The notes: a model not told the origin generated them from the sequence alone. 51,223 nt of DNA from Cirrosporium novae-zelandiae (GCA_026023565.1 JAPETS010000002.1:1426001-1477223); one strand, 5' to 3'; shown: positions 1-15,001, counted from the first letter of the stretch. Translations and numbers: made by a program.

Positions 1-2073
1 ACAAATGCCAGACCACTTTACTATGGGCGCAATTTCGCAATGAGTGCTGCTCCTGATCCAGAACCAGAAACAACTGCGCCAGGTTTCTTTCCCGCCATCA
101 CACACTTTACCGACGCGATATCCGCACTACCCAAAGAAGTGATTCGACATCTTTCTCTATTGAAAGAAGTCGATGCGAAGTCCTATAGCTCCGAGGAAGC
201 CATTCCTGGCTTGATTAACCAGATTATGAACTCCTCCTCGCATCCTCATTCTTCCACGTCTACTCTGAGATCCATAGATCCATCCGCCGTTTCTACACCC
301 GATCATTTCAATTCGAGTAATCATTCGACCACACAAGATGTTAACCCTATCTCGAGACTTAGGCTCGCTGTTGAAAAGGAGCCATTGGAGGATTTAAAAC
401 CGTTCAAAAACCTTCGTGATCTGATGTGCAATATGATGACAACACTGGATGAAAAGAATCATGTTTTGATGACCGCAAATTCTGCGCTCAACAAACATTT
501 GGTTCGGCTTGACGAAATACTCCCTCACGTTGAAAACGAAATCGCCGAAGAGGCACGGCTAGGAAGCCTAGCGCATTGGGCTTATTTAGACAAGTTAACA
601 GCGAAGGGAAATGGGAATTCGACAGGTGAACGAACCAGAAATACCGGGAGGGCTCATCATTCACCGGTTGGCAATAACACCACACATGACCACGAGGCAG
701 TTTCGAGGAGCGAAACAAGGAGGGAGGCATTGGCAAGGAAGAGGAATCACAACGGAGACCCCGACTTTGATAACCATGGATCCCACACCAAGCGAACAAC
801 AGGGGCGTCCAAAGCTCGCAAAGGTATTGAAGCCACAGCGGTGGCAGCCAGCGGCCAGGCCGGTCCAGCTACCACCAACACCACCACAGCACCTGCACCT
901 GTAAAGCGACGAAGGATCGAAAAGCCGAACGCCCATACTAGTAATGTTGAGCAATCGCGGAACCCACCGCAAAACAATGTTGGTAATACTTCTCAAGCTG
1001 CCGGCGGAAACCAGGCAGAAGTACCCATCCCTGAAGTAGCGAAGAAACGTGGAAGAGGGCCGAATAATCCTAACGCTTCCAACAAAAGAAGGTGTGCTGA
1101 ACCACCTCATCAAATCGTGTAGCTATTGCTAACTCATGCCTCATTCAGAAATGGCACCAACACGTCTGTGGCAGGCTCTCCGTTGCTCGCTTCTTCTCCT
1201 GTTATTGGAACTTTTTCAACCACGAGAGGAAGTCCCGCTGCCCCTCAACGTCCTGGTTCATCGAGAGTCCGCCAGAATTCTATCCAATCCGTACTCTCAG
1301 AAGCCCGACAGCGACCTCCTTCTCAAGCTTCAAACAAACTTCTGAATCCACTTGGGATTATGACATCAACAGCCGACCCTAATGCTATTGCAGGGCTGGT
1401 CCCTAACAGTCTTGTTGACATAAAACCTGCGACCAAAGATGTTTCAAATCCAATCAGTGAACAAATACCGGCAGAGGAGGAGGTTCGACCACAAACAAAA
1501 GTAGGGGGCTCTGTTTCTACCAATAAAAATGGCAACAAATCTATGAAAAATGAACCGACTGATTCCAATGGAGATCCAATGAAAGGTACCGAGACTCCCC
1601 CCGGAGTGACTGCGCGTGGAGTGAAGACGTCCAAGACATCGACACCTGTAAATGCTACATTTTCGGATTCTGCACGATCAAGACCTGCCCGTGGCACGGA
1701 ACCACTACCTAAACGGTCACACAAGAAGGGTCAAGGTTTAGCTGCACAGCGCCTTGCTGCCGTAGCAGCCGACGAAGAAGGGTCTTCGTTGCAAGGTGAT
1801 GATGATGACGATGATGACGAGAGCGAACCCCGTTATTGTTACTGTAACGGTGTGAGCTATGGAGAGATGGTTGCTTGTGATGCAGACAACTGTCGAGGGG
1901 AATGGTTTCATCTGGATTGTATTGGAATGACTAAACCTCCTAAACAAAATGGTAAAAAATCCACCTTCTCTGTTAGATTATGAAGCTAATATCGGATAAT
2001 TATAGTTAAATGGTATTGTAAAGATTGTAAGGAAAACCTGATGAAGAAATCAAAACCCAATGGTAATCGGTAA
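1..2073 (+). CDS. ING-family PHD-finger chromatin protein (Pho23-like); probably 5'-truncated by the window edge
   Basis: N-terminal ING-type segment (FFPAITHFTDAISALPKEVIRHLSLLKEVDAK) and C-terminal PHD finger (EPRYCYCNGVSYGEMVACDADNCRGEWFHLDCIGM...KWYCKDC). Introns 1092-1148 and 1952-2005 (GT..AG) join the ORFs; stop TAA 2071-2073. The frame is open from base 1, so the true start may be upstream of ATG 40. Confidence 0.9.
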
Positions 2074-2708
2074 TGGTGGGGAAGGAGAGGGAGATATACA
2101 TTTTCGAGATACCCATCGACTGTGGAATTTTGTGTTCTGATTCAGTTAACTTTGTTATAAAATACTAGACCATCGGTATCCAGTCTCTTTCGAAGGCTGA
2201 AATATTTTTTAGTTAATGTTGGGAGTTCTTGTAGGGATGGAAGTTTGATTTAAATCAATGTCCGGCTTATTCGATCTTTGCATTGAGGAGTATGGGAGGT
2301 TTCTAGGCAAAATATACGATTGGCTGATTCATTTGACGGCTACCTAGGTAAATATGAATGGCCGAGAATTGTATGGTGAATTTACTGTCAGGCATGATAT
2401 AGTGATGTTGATTCAATAACTACCTACTCACGGTATGAATTAGATTTTTTACCTGAAATAATAATAGTTGATAAATTGCAACTTCTATATACCTACATTC
2501 GATATAGGTACTTGTATCATAGTCGCATGAAGGTACTGTTATATATGTACTGTATTGTACTGTACTGTACATAGCTCATTCATAGCATCTTGACAATCAT
2601 TCAATGATTCCTCCTTCACCGTAGAAAACCCGAACTCAACAACCAAGATTCAATTTTAAAACGTCCAATCACTGGACCTCGGCGAAGAGAAGCCTGTGAA
2701 TGTTCATT

Positions 2709-3747
2709 ATGGGCTCTTACTATAATATCGATGCCATATTGACTGATGCTCAGGTTACTATCTCCAAAACAACTTTGCAACATGAGACTAACAAGTATAT
2801 AGAAAGTTCCATGTACATTTGAACTCAACATCCCAGGCCTTGGATACCTGGAAGGGAATTCCGGTAGCGATGTAAGCTGACCAGCCAATTCCTCAAACCT
2901 TGGTTCTTCTAACTTGGCTCCAATACTAAACACTCTGGCTGTTGACCTCAGATCAAATCCGGCACCCGAGTTGATCTCCCGTTATGGCTCGGCGAAATGC
3001 TCGCTGTGAGGTATGTACGCATGCTACCAGCTACCCAAATCCTCTCTCAACCTCCCTCTTTCAATCCCCCCACTACGTAACAACCAGAAGCCCAGTAGCA
3101 GTGCTAAAGCGTATGCATCCCCTTTCTTTCACAGCCAACGTCTCGGCGCTGCACCTAGCACTCTCGATTTCCCAGATGCACTTTCCCAACGTGTCCTGAA
3201 TGCCCTCAAAGCGGATCCCCGCACTGTCGATTTACGAAGCTTGGCTACACATTTCTATGCCTTGGCCGCTAGGATGCTAGATCTTTTTGAAGAAGAGGAG
3301 GTTGTGGATGTGTTGAGTGAGGTACGTAGACTTATTTTGGGGAAAGGGGGTTCTCTGGAGTTGAAAGGGTGTATTTATATGAGTGGAAGGAAATGCTGAT
3401 TCAAAAATACCAATATGGCTGCTATTAGACTTTTAAAAAAAGAGCCGCTGAAATTGCGGATCATGCAAACAATGCTCGAGGTGGAGGGATTGCCGAAGGG
3501 GTAGAGTTTTTGAGGGGTTTGGATGAGATGGAGAGGCAATGTATGTGTTTTTGTTTGTTCTACTACAGACTTTATCCTTATCCCAACCTTGTCGTCGTTG
3601 TGGCTAGTGTTAGGTGGCTAACCAGCCTTATTATCATTATAGAAGGGGTTTTTACTGATATTGAAATGTTATTATATAGTATTTCGAGCGGCTCATGATA
3701 CTGCGAGGGCAACGAGGCTGTGGATGGAGGAGGGTAAAAAAAGATGA
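2709..3747 (+). CDS. PSF3: GINS complex subunit Psf3 (multi-exon)
   Basis: Spliced translation MGSYYNIDAILTDAQ|KVPCTFELNIPGLGYLEGNSGSD|IKSGTRVDLPLWLGEMLAV...RVLNALKADPRTVDLRSLATHFY...FLRGLDEMERQ...FRAAHDTARATRLWMEEGKKR*. Introns include 2754-2802 and 2872-2951. Confidence 0.92.
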
Positions 3748-5321
3748 ATGAGGCACGCTAGCAGCCCATTTATATATTCTATAAACGGTTGAACTTGGTG
3801 TTTGGTTGGGCTTTTTATTTAGATCTAAGGTAAATGATTCCTTATCTTTGAACTGATTTCAATTTCCTTTATTTGAATTTGGAAGTCTATTTCTGGTCAG
3901 TTGTATTTTCTACGGAGTGTAAGCTCCTAACTAATGAAAGCCTATTTCCAAAATTACAGGTCTTCGTTCCTCTAGTGCTTTTTATTTTTCTGCTGTCTCT
4001 TCTAATAACGTTACCTGCTCTCCATTGGAAACTCTATATTTTCCAATATCACCTTGGCATCATTTATCTCATGGTAATACAGCTCTGCAAATTGCTCCCC
4101 TACGAGCATGTCCCCTATATATCGAAGAATGGTGTATTAGTGGTTACAACAATACAACTGCTTTTGAAATTCTCATGGTCAGTCCCAAACACATCCTTCC
4201 ACGGATCCTCGGTCAAGAGTGTGTATTCTTCATGGAGTCCACAAGGTACACCGTACAAATCTACCTCCTAAGCCTAGTTTGACCGCGATGGACTTCGTAT
4301 CCTCCATAAACAGAGGTTTAAGGAAGCATGAGATGAAAGCAAAGTTACCGAAAGAGTGAAAGTAATTGGGCGTAATCGAAGACTCAGCTCACCTGGTCTC
4401 TCATGCCTGGTTCGTGTTGACCTTTTTAGAGGACCGGATACTATGCCGTGTATGTCAATTAACCAAGGACATAAGAGAAGCGGCACACTCGACATATATA
4501 AGCAGAGAGGAAATTGCTGACGCGGGAAGCAATATAAAGTGATTAATCTTTTCCATAACCACACGGTAATGATAGCGGAACTAGGAATATGATTTCTAGA
4601 TAATTCGAACGTCGACATGACATTTGAGTGCGACAGTGTGGACGATTATAATTCTATGGAATAGAGTGAATGAACTATGGGGAGTGACAATGGGAGGTTT
4701 GTCAGGCTTATGAACTTTGACACGCTCTGGGCGTGGTCGGGTTCAAGCTTAGGGACAGCGGGGACCGCAGGACTTGAAGCTTAAGAAACTTGTACAGTAC
4801 ATCCATCTCCAGTACTACATCAGCTAATTGTGTCGCGTTATTAATATGCTCACCTCTTATCTATGGATGATCTCGGCCCTTTTCTTACATCTGCACAATA
4901 CTATTCGAGTAAAGGAGATGTCGGATGAGAAAAAGAAATCATGTTTTGTTTCTCCGTATGCTCCGATGGATCTGCAGGATCAAATAATCCCTGTCGTTGC
5001 CTGGAAATCGAAGGCTTGTTTAACACATGAGAGGATCTCGTTATCTGACTGGCTACAAAAACATGTAGTTAAATGATAGGTTGCGCTTTGCCGTTTATTG
5101 AGAACCTTGGAGGTCAACGGACGTAACGGTTATAGATAAAAGGTCAAGGTTCTGATCCATCTGATGAACCTCTCTTCCTTAGAGAAGACCTGAGGCATAT
5201 CGCAGACCGCCTACCTTTGCAATCTGGGACGCGATTCCAAAAATAATTTCCAATTGAAATATTGGAAAATAACTTGCAGTTGAATTGGACGTGTATAGGC
5301 AGGCTATTTTGCTTTCTCACC

Positions 5322-7122
5322 ATGACGTGGTCTTCGCTATTCCTTGTGCTGGGTAGCTTAGCTGAAGCTCACTACCTCCCACTTTATCCAAGGGAATTGA
5401 CTCTAACAACCAGTGTGACTGATGTCCCAGACTATTTCCAAACCGAAACCGAGCTCTATCCAGGTAGGTATTTTTAACATGGGGTTTTACAGAGCTAACA
5501 AAAGCATCATTAGGTCCCACTGCGACTGGCCAGGCACCTCTTCTAGCTGAGACGAATCCAGCACCTTTTGGTGCTTCAAGAACAATTGTTCCAAATGATC
5601 CACTCGAGACTGCTATTCCCATATCGGGTGAACCAGATGGTGCCAATATATTCACCATGATGGGACAATTGACGTGAGATGTTTCAGTAAATTACTATGG
5701 TTCCGTATCTAACTATTCTATTTCAGCCCATATCATTCCAGTCCCGGCTTTGGTGCTCAAGAGTATCCTTTACCTTCTGGTGCTGAGATATTTCAAGTCC
5801 ATATGCTTCACCGTCATGGTAGTAGATATCCAACCAATGGAAGCAGCGTCCAGTCTTTTGGCTCGAGGATTGAGAATGCGACTCAATACTATAATTTTAC
5901 CGGCGAACTCTCATTCTTAAACAATTGGTCTTACAACCTAGGATACGACATTCTTGTTCCCAAAGGTCGCCAAGAACTGTTTGATTCTGGTGTATTCCAT
6001 TATTACCAGGTAAGATTACAATTATTTTATAAGCATATTGAGACGCATATTGAGATTAATATATTGTAGTATGGCGGACTCTACAATACAAGCTCTAAAA
6101 TAATTGCTCGAACCACTACGCAAGATCGAATGATGAAGAGTGCCGAGAATTTTATGACGGGGTTCTTTGGGCTTGATTGGACTGACAATGCCACTTTAGA
6201 AGTGATCATCGAGGGGGACTATGGCACGGGAGTGTGGAACAATTCGCTGGCCGGCTACTATAACTGCGAGAATTCCAACCTATACCAGAGCCAAGGAGGG
6301 GAAAATGCTTCCGAGATCTGGGTAGCGACTTATCTTGCTAATGCTACCAAACGATTTCAGAAATTGGCTGGTGGATATAACTGGACCATCCAGGACACAT
6401 ACGATATGCAAACAATGTGTCCTTACGAAACTGTTGGCTATGGGTACTCTGCATTTTGTGGCCTCTTCACTTATTCAGAATGGCAAGGGTTTGAATATTC
6501 GATCGATCTGGATTTCTATGGCGACGATGGATTTGGCTCACCAACCGGGCGGGCTACTGGCATCGGATATGTCGCAGAATTTCTTGCTCGCTTGAAGCAC
6601 CATCTGATCACTTCACCTGTTGGACAGGACAACGTCACACTTGACAACAACACCGTGACATTTCCTCTTGACCAGAGCCTCTACTTTGATTTCTCTCATG
6701 ATACTAATATCGATAGCGTTCTAACTGCCTTTGGACTCACCCAATTTTCCCAGTACCTACCATTAACCGGACCACCAGAGAACCAACAAATGGTTGTTTC
6801 CCATCGGACACCATTTGGAGCCCGCCTTGATATTGAAATCATCAAGGCACCACAACCGGTATCGGAGTCTCGTTCAGCGAGTTCTCCATATATTTCGGGA
6901 AATGCTACGACCTATGTGCATTTCATCCTCAACCAAAGGACAATTCCACTTGGACGAAGCTTCTCAGCTTGCGGGAGCCGAGATGATGGTTGGTGTGAAT
7001 TGAGCGCCTTTATGAGTGTAATGAAGAATGCGACCGAAGAAGCTCAGTATGATTACTCTTGCAATGGCGACTATCCCTCGGAGGCTTGGGGTGCCATCCA
7101 GAATGGTCGACCCATAAGCTAG
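5322..7122 (+). CDS. Secreted histidine acid phosphatase / 3-phytase-like
   Basis: Hydrophobic signal peptide MTWSSLFLVLGSLAEA, RHGxRxP motif (HRHGSRYP), HD motif (FSHDTNI), many N-glycosylation sequons; short introns near 5465, 5673 and 6010. Confidence 0.92.
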
Positions 7123-7974
7123 GGATTATGCGATCAACGTGAGAGTAGATACCATGTATAAATTTAGGGTGGCAACAGCCATCGCGCAAACCATATAAAT
7201 ATATTCATGGATATGCTCTCGAAGGGGCAATCTAAAGTTCAATAGACAATGTAGAATCGTGGACATTCTCCTAAACGCCCATCAGAGCTTCTGAGGTACA
7301 AACGCTGTTGTTACAAGCAGTGTGGCCCATTTGTATATCACAATGCGCACCCGCCTACGTCTTCTTCTTCCTAGGCCCGGAAATGAGTGGATATAATCTC
7401 GATATATGATAATTGATGTTGTTAGGTGGCTGGTCTTTGGATTTCTAAGAGAATATTAGTAAATTGCGTCTATGCAAAGTGTTGTAGAAAGGAAATGGGA
7501 TATACCGGCTGGTCCATGCAAGCTCTCAATTGGGTTTCCAATACGACACAACCCTCAGCAGTATATCCCGAAGAAGCCCAGCAACCTTGAAAGAGAATAT
7601 TAGCAACAATTATTTTGACAACAATTCTTCCAACTTGTTAAAATGCTCGGACTATGGACGTACTGAGGAGTGAAGACATTATGATGGTACAAGGATTCTT
7701 CTTGGGTTTATTTGGTTGTCTAACTCGTACAGTAGGTAGTGGAGGCAACCGCCTAGGTGCTAGCTTGGTGGGGCCTTTTGGAGGCATAGCTGCGGTGGTT
7801 AAGTTCCCGCAGTATATGGAGGGTGAGGAGGGGAGTGGATGGAAAAGTAGTTGATAGAAATAATAGAAATAATTTCTTCGTCCAAGTAATTATCAAAGTT
7901 GATGAAGATGAAGTTCGGAGAGTCGGAGTCGGAGACGGAAAAGCCATTTCTCCGAGTCAATAACGTTTCACCGT

Positions 7975-8054
7975 GTAATCGTAATCGTGTACTTTTGAAA
8001 GTAATCGTAATCGTAATCGTGGTAATTGTCGTAATTGTCGTAATTGTCGTAATC
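7975..8054. repeat. Compound microsatellite (GTAATC)n/(GTAATTGTC)n upstream of YME1
   Basis: Directly visible tandem units; they generate the spurious VIVIVV / TITTIT ORFs. Confidence 0.85.
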
Positions 8055-8281
8055 TTCAATAGTCTTCGTCTTTCGCCCTTGGGATCAACGCTAACCCCGA
8101 GGATCCAAAGCTCGCCGCCAACCATTGCCATCCTCGAACAAGTTCAAGTCAACATATTTCTTTCTTGTATTGTGATATACAACATTAATCTACTTGGAAT
8201 AATCACATTTCCACTCTACAATACTTCTTCTCTCTTAGCCTCCTTTACCAATATTCTTGCGCTCCTGAGCGCTTCTTTGCA

Positions 8282-10931
8282 ATGGCGTTCCAGGTTCCCT
8301 TTAACATTTCGGTACGTATTCATCGGATGCTTTCGCAACTTAATGTCCTCCACTTTTTTTTTTGATCCAACAATGAATTGGATTATCCTGATTGAAGGCT
8401 TTGCCTAATTTATTTATATCATTGCTAACTTTCTTCTAGAGCATACCGGTGTCTGCGATTGAGCTACTCCCCGCTGCCACCTCCGCTCTATCTGCGCCAC
8501 TGAAAGCTCTCCGAACATCAGCAAATCGCCTAAAAAAGAAGTCATCCCAGAAAGATCAGGAGGAAGAGGAATTAATAACGGTGGCGAGAGTGGAATTGCC
8601 AGAATGTTTACAATCGTTACCAATATCCGCCTTGAGGCTCGAACTACCTCAAGGCCAAGGTGTGGTGGAGGGAAGGTTTGATGATGCTAAGACCATGTTG
8701 CTTTCAGTCACCCAAAATGGACTTTTGCAAGCTCGAAATGCTTTAAGCCGCCAGGAGCTTAGAAGATCTGCGAGATATTATTCAACCGCTACCCGCTATC
8801 GACCGAAACCCAGTATCATACCCCCCATACGTATACGATCTACCCCGCGGCGTACGTTCTTCAACCGTTCAGCACTAGTTCTACTTAGTAATCTGGAGAG
8901 TGCGGCGAACAACAACCCTGGGAACGCCAACTATCAAAGCTCATTCTATTCTGCTCTTCTTCGAGCAAACAAGCCCGAGATCTTAGTTGAGAGGTATGAA
9001 ACCGGAATATACGCTACGAATGCTGCCTGCGAAGCTTCGTATCAAAAAGCACTTGACCAGCTTGGATATGGAAGGCCAGATTCCGCACCCGATGCCAGTG
9101 GTTATTCCCAAAGAGATTTACGGGCAGCAGCCGGAGCCGCGGCGGCCAAACACTCAGGAGGGGATACTGCTTATGCTCAAGGCGGAGGCTCTGGTGCCAG
9201 GGTCACTCCACTCCATGTTGTTGTTGAGGAGTCTACACCAAGCCAGGTTTTTAAGTGGGCAAAAATGATTCTCTACTTTGCCCTTGTTGGTTACTTTTGC
9301 TGGGTGCTGCTTGCAATGGTTGCTGAAACTATTGGCCCACTTAAGAAGGTTGGTAGTGTTCAAAACAATGAAACACAGCCTCAGGAACAAACTGCTCGTT
9401 TCAAGGATGTTCATGGATGCGAAGAAGCCAAAGATGAACTGCAGGAACTCGTGGAATTTCTCATCAACCCTGATAGATTTTCATCCCTTGGCGGGAAACT
9501 GCCGAAAGGGGTCTTGTTGGTTGGCCCTCCTGGTACCGGAAAGACCTTGCTTGCTCGTGCTGTTGCAGGAGAGGCTGGTGTTCCATTTTTCTACATGTCT
9601 GGCTCTGAGTTTGATGAAGTATATGTTGGTGTTGGCGCAAAGCGCGTCCGAGAATTGTTCAACCAAGCTCGCGCTAAGGCACCTTCGATTATTTTCATTG
9701 ACGAGCTTGACGCGATTGGCGGAAAACGCAATGAGAGAGACGCAGCATATGTGAAGCAGACGCTCAACCAGCTTCTCACAGAATTGGATGGATTTTCTCC
9801 ATCTTCTGGCGTGATTATTATTGGTGCCACCAACTATCCTCAACTTCTCGACAAAGCTTTGACTCGACCTGGACGATTCGATCGACGTGTGGTTGTTCCA
9901 TTACCGGATGTAAGAGGCCGAATGGAGATTCTTAAACATTATATGAATAACATCAAAGTTTCTACCGAAGTTGACGCTTCTGTTATCGCCCGAGGGACCC
10001 CAGGTTTCTCAGGGGCTGAGCTCGAAAATTTAGTCAACCAAGCTGCTGTACATGCTAGTCGCAATAAGCAGAAAAATGTTACCCCAATCGACTTTGAATG
10101 GGCCAAGGATAGGCTTATGATGGGGGCTGAGACCCGCAGCCGGGTGATACGCGATGAAGACAAGCTTGCAACAGCATACCACGAGGTTGGACATGCTCTT
10201 GTTGGCCTATATACCAAGGGTGCAACTCCATTGTATAAGATGACAATCATCCCCAGAGGAAATGCATTAGGGGTCACCCACTCACTTCCTGAGATGGATC
10301 AAGTATCTCAATCATATGCTCAAATACTTGCTCAGATTGACGTTTCCATCGGCGGCCGAGTCGCCGAGGAATTAATATTTGGTCCAGAACATGTCACCAC
10401 TGGCATATCCAACGTAAGTGTTTTGCATTATCAATGTTTATAGTTTAATCTGCTAATAATTATTATTAGGATTTATCTCAAGCTACACACTACGCTCGTG
10501 CTCTGGTGACCCAAGTCGGCTACTCTGAAAAGCTTGGAAATGTCGATTATGATTCAGATTATGAGAAATTGTCCTCTGAAACAAAACAACTCATTGAACA
10601 AGAAATACGTCGTATCATTGAAGATGGACGGAAACGTGTAACGAAGCTTTTGACTGAAAGGCGATCCGAACTCGAGTTGCTTGCCAAAGCTCTTGTGGAA
10701 TACGAAACACTAACAAAACCCGAAATCGAGAGTATAATACGTGGAGAAAAACTCGCGAGATCACCAACTCCAAAGGACATTCCTATAAAAATCCCCGAAG
10801 TCCTTCTTCCAGCAGAGTTGGGTGGTACCCCGGGGGGATTACAAAGCACGAGCGCTACAGGTCCAGGTCAAAACCAGAAACGGAATAACAGGACCACCTC
10901 CACTTCATCGAGTGATCCGGATACGGCATGA
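8282..10931 (+). CDS. YME1: Mitochondrial i-AAA protease Yme1 (FtsH family)
   Basis: Single TM segment, Walker A GPPGTGKT, Walker [12 protein letters not shown] ([10 protein letters not shown]), HEXXH zinc motif (HEVGH). Exon 1 8282-8311 ([10 protein letters not shown]); introns 8312-8439 and 10414-10469. Confidence 0.95.
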
Positions 10932-12783
10932 AATGTGTAATTGAGACCAAGGGTTATAAGAATTAGAAAGTGAATATGACGCAAGGAACGGATTTTTTTT
11001 TTGCCGGACGTTTTTATTTTTTGTTTACTCCCCCCAAAAAGCCGTATGCTTGCTTTTTATCTATAGGGCTGGCTTACATTTATGTTGTGTACGTACGTGT
11101 ACGATGTCAAAACGTACGGGTACGGATTTCACGTGTTGAACCTTTTTAACGTTGGAAAGGCATGGGATTGATTGACTAGGTCTGACTAGGTCCTATGTTT
11201 TTTTTTTGTGGTTTGTGAGTTTTGAGTAGGCTAGGTAGTTAGGTAGCTTGATCGAGTCGGGGTACGTACCGTAGATGAGGTATTCTAGGGAATATGAATA
11301 GTGTGGTTTATCTACTACTGCAAGTATTGTAATTTGGGGCCTTGACATGTCTAGCCTGTGAATATATGATGTGATGTGATGTGTAAATGCTAGAGCAAAG
11401 CGAAGCGAAAAGGATATATTCAATCCAATCCAATTAGTATATACCTACCCACCTACCTACCCACTATACCAAGTCCTAGACTTAATCCATCATCCCCATC
11501 ATCCTCATTATTCCCATCACCCCCTTATGCCCTCAATACCCACCCAATACCCACCCAATCCTCAACAAAAATGCTACCATCCTAACCTCCCACCACAGTA
11601 GTACATACTCGAATAGGGGTGGTAATTAACTAATTGGCTACAACAAATTGACTAATTTAATGGAATGGATAAAAAGATGGAGAAGTAGGAAGTAGGAAGG
11701 TTGAGGAGAAGTAGATGGGGAGGGAAGGGCAAGGGGAAGGTTAAGGGGGAAAGATTGGAAGTAGATACTTAGGTGTTTAGGTATTTATTTGTTTATCTGT
11801 TTATTTGGTTGTTTACATGGAGAAGGATGTCCTCTCACGGGCTCTCTCCACGGGGAAAGGGGAGAGGAGAGAAAGTTTAGTGGTATTATATGTATATGCT
11901 CATTGTTGATGGTGGTGATGTGGGGGGTATTGTCGGGTATGATTGACTACCCGAGTATTATTTATTTATTGTGGTTGAAGTAAATAAAAATAAAAATAAA
12001 ATGCTAAAGGTGATGATAATGATGTGTGTAAGTATTCAGGTAGACTATAGATAAGCTATAGTTTATAAGATAACTGTAGTAGTTGGTGAAGTACCTAGGT
12101 AGTTCCCTAATTTCACAGAGTCACCTGGGTTTTTTTTTGTAAAAAGTTATATTACTTTTCGAATGTAGACTATAATAGATATAATCAAATATATATTTAC
12201 GCCATCTACTACTTCGCTTTCGCTTTTGGATATTTCTTATATCTATTGTTAGTATAGCTAGATAGATAAATAGATACCTAACTGGATGATGATGTATATG
12301 TGTGTGTGGGAAATATATCTCGAGATTTATTTATGTGGGTATGTGGATGTGGATGTGGGTGGTTATTTGTGGTGGTGGGTAGATGAAGTAATTAATTAAT
12401 TTCATAATTGCTTCAGTTTGTAAAAGGTATAAAGGTGTAAATAATATAATCATTTATATATTTACACTATCCACTGTTTCACCTTCGTTTTTGTTATTGT
12501 TATTGTTATTGATATTGTTGGTGGTATAGATAGATATGGATAGCGATTATTTATTCCTATCAGTTTTTCTTTCTTTCTTCCCATTAAAATGAGACTCTCA
12601 TATGTTTAAATATTTATTCAGTTATCATAGCTATTGCCCATACATATATCATTCATAAGTGTCATGTTTGTTGTGCCTTGTACTTTCTTCGCCTCTACCT
12701 TGTCCTCGCCATGAGTAGAGTTTATCTGCATGCATCATCCCCAGTGGGTTTCTTCCAATATCGAGCCAGACAAGAGGAAACAT

Positions 12784-14535
12784 CTACCTTCTATGAGCCC
12801 ATCCATGATGATCCTTCACAATCTTTTCAATAGCATCGAGCCCCTTTTCCAAAACTTCCATTTTGGGGCCATAGCTCAGCCGCACGAAATGATGGCACGG
12901 ACTGTCGAATAGATCCCTCCTGCGGCTTGGATTCAAGTCAAAGAAGATGCCTGGAACTACAATCACCTTTTCTCTCAGGCATGCTTCGAAGAAGTTTAGC
13001 CCGTCGCCGATGGTGCGTGGTAGGTCTGATAGGTCCAGCCAGATGTAGAATGTGCTGTTGGGGATGCGGTCGAACTTGAAGCCCATGTCCTGTAGACGTC
13101 CTACGACGTAATCTCGTTTGTCGCGGAAGTGTCGTTGCAGAGCGCGCATCTCGTTGATGACCTTTGGTGGGTCGAGCATTGGCACCGCGGCTTCCTGGAA
13201 GGGGACGTTGGCACCACCGTCGAGGTAGGACCCGCAGGACCCGAGTGCCTTGATGAATTCCTTGGGGCCGAGAACCCACGCGATGCGGAAACCTGGGAGA
13301 CGGAACCGTTTTGTGAGACCGTCGAGGATGAGGACATCGTCGTCATCTACGTCTTCAACATTGTCTGCCGCGCTGACGGTGGTGCCGTCGCAGTCGGAGG
13401 TGTAGTTGAACCCGCCGTAGAATTCGTCCATGATGAGTGTGGCTCTGTCCCTGCAGATGTCTTGGATAGTGGATAGTTCCGGATTAGTGATAACTTGTCC
13501 AGTCGGATTTCTGGGATTGGAGGTTAAGATTACGGAGGTACCACGGGCGATTTCCTCGGCGATTTTATCCGGGTGAATGTGGTAATTGTCTTGTTCGGAA
13601 AGGGGGATTGGGATGGTGGCAAACTAAGAGAATAATGAGCTGAGAGTTTTCAGGTAAGGTTAATGGGGGTGATAAATATACATTTCGGAATAATGTCAAC
13701 ATCTCATTGTATGCAGTGTAGTCGGGGATGAAGAATCCCAGATACGCATTGTTTAAGACAGCAGCAATTCGGATAAGCCCTGCTCGTCCTCCTGGGACAA
13801 TACAGACATTTTCCTATGAGATATTAATACCCTGCAGCATTTCTTTTGGGATGTTCTCCATACCCATGTGTATTGGCTTTTCTTTCCTTGCCTGTGGTGT
13901 TCGTTGTACATTTTTGCAACGGCAGTTCTCAGTGGTTTTATGCCAGCAGTTGGACCGTATTCCCTTGCGGCAAGATCAATCTCAATAGACTTGGGGCGTG
14001 GAAAGCTGCCTTCGATATCGTCGTCGGCATCTGGAGCCCCTTGGCCCAAATTTGCCCATTCTTCGGGAGAGTCGAGGTATCCATGCTCGTAGGCTCTTTC
14101 AGTACACCAGACGACACCTGTAGAGGATCTGGAAACAAATTAGACGATATAGTTGATGAGGGGATTAATATGCAAGAGATGGCTAGAGGATGGAGATGGT
14201 GCTCGGATAGGAAATGCGGGGAAGAAGATCTAAGCTTAGATCTTCAATCTGCCAGCCAAGGCCGAGTACAACGGCATCCTTAATGTTTACCAGGTTACAT
14301 ACCTTGCAGCATCCAAGCCGGCGTGGTTACGATGACCAGCCTGCGAGCGTAGGTTGAGATGGGCTTTTGAAGCTTGCTCTAGATTATGTCAACCTAAGAT
14401 GATTCTTACTGAAATTGAAGCTGGAACAATTGTCAACTTACCACTCTCGGCCGGCTCTCTGAAAGTAGTCTTGGAAGTCGACGATCGCCGACGATTGTGC
14501 GACACAATTGAGATTCTGCGTCCGGAAAAGCTCAT
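12784..14535 (-). CDS. PLP-dependent aminotransferase class I/II (aspartate aminotransferase-like), multi-exon
   Basis: Motifs NLGQGAP, SNPRNPTG, MDEFY, DGLTKRFRLPGFRIAW (PLP lysine), VVPGIFF, VRLSY. Start MSFSGRRISIV at 14535. Exact C-terminal end is uncertain. Confidence 0.88.
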
Positions 14536-15001
14536 TGTGAGATGATATTTTAAGGATTACTTTTAAATCCTAAATTCTTAAAGAGATAGAGAAAGGGAAG
14601 GAAGAGGTGGAAGGGGAAGTGGAGATGATGCGGTGAACCAGCTTGATGGAATCATCCAATTAGAGTCCGACTCTCCCTGCAATATTCCAACTGTGAAACC
14701 ATCAAACCCATGAAACTCAACCCGTCCCGATAGTTGGCTCTACTGTCTACCTAGGTAGTCCTTGAATATATACGGCCAATCCTTCTTACATTCTATCGAC
14801 TAGGTTACAGGATGAACGATACACAAAACCAATTATCAAAGCCCTGGATTAAAAACACTGTCTTCACCACCAGGCTTCAGGCGATAAGACGATACATAGT
14901 CAACTGTTTCCACGGAAACTCAATGGAAAACCAAGGAGTCGAGAGCTCCTTTATCCGAGCGCTCTTTTATCCGAGTAATTAACTACCCAGACGCTTGATC
15001 C

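Noticed and set aside
3873..5076. Several 80-130 aa ORFs between PSF3 and the phosphatase
   Set aside because: No recognisable motifs, mostly non-ATG starts, no coherent splice structure.
7799..8408. ORFs with TITTIT / VIVIVV tracts
   Set aside because: Translation artefacts of a microsatellite in the YME1 upstream region.
11000..12700. Long low-complexity intergenic region with purine/pyrimidine tracts and a TTAAGGGGG-like run
   Set aside because: Simple-sequence DNA between convergent genes; no true telomere repeats, TIRs or coding signal.
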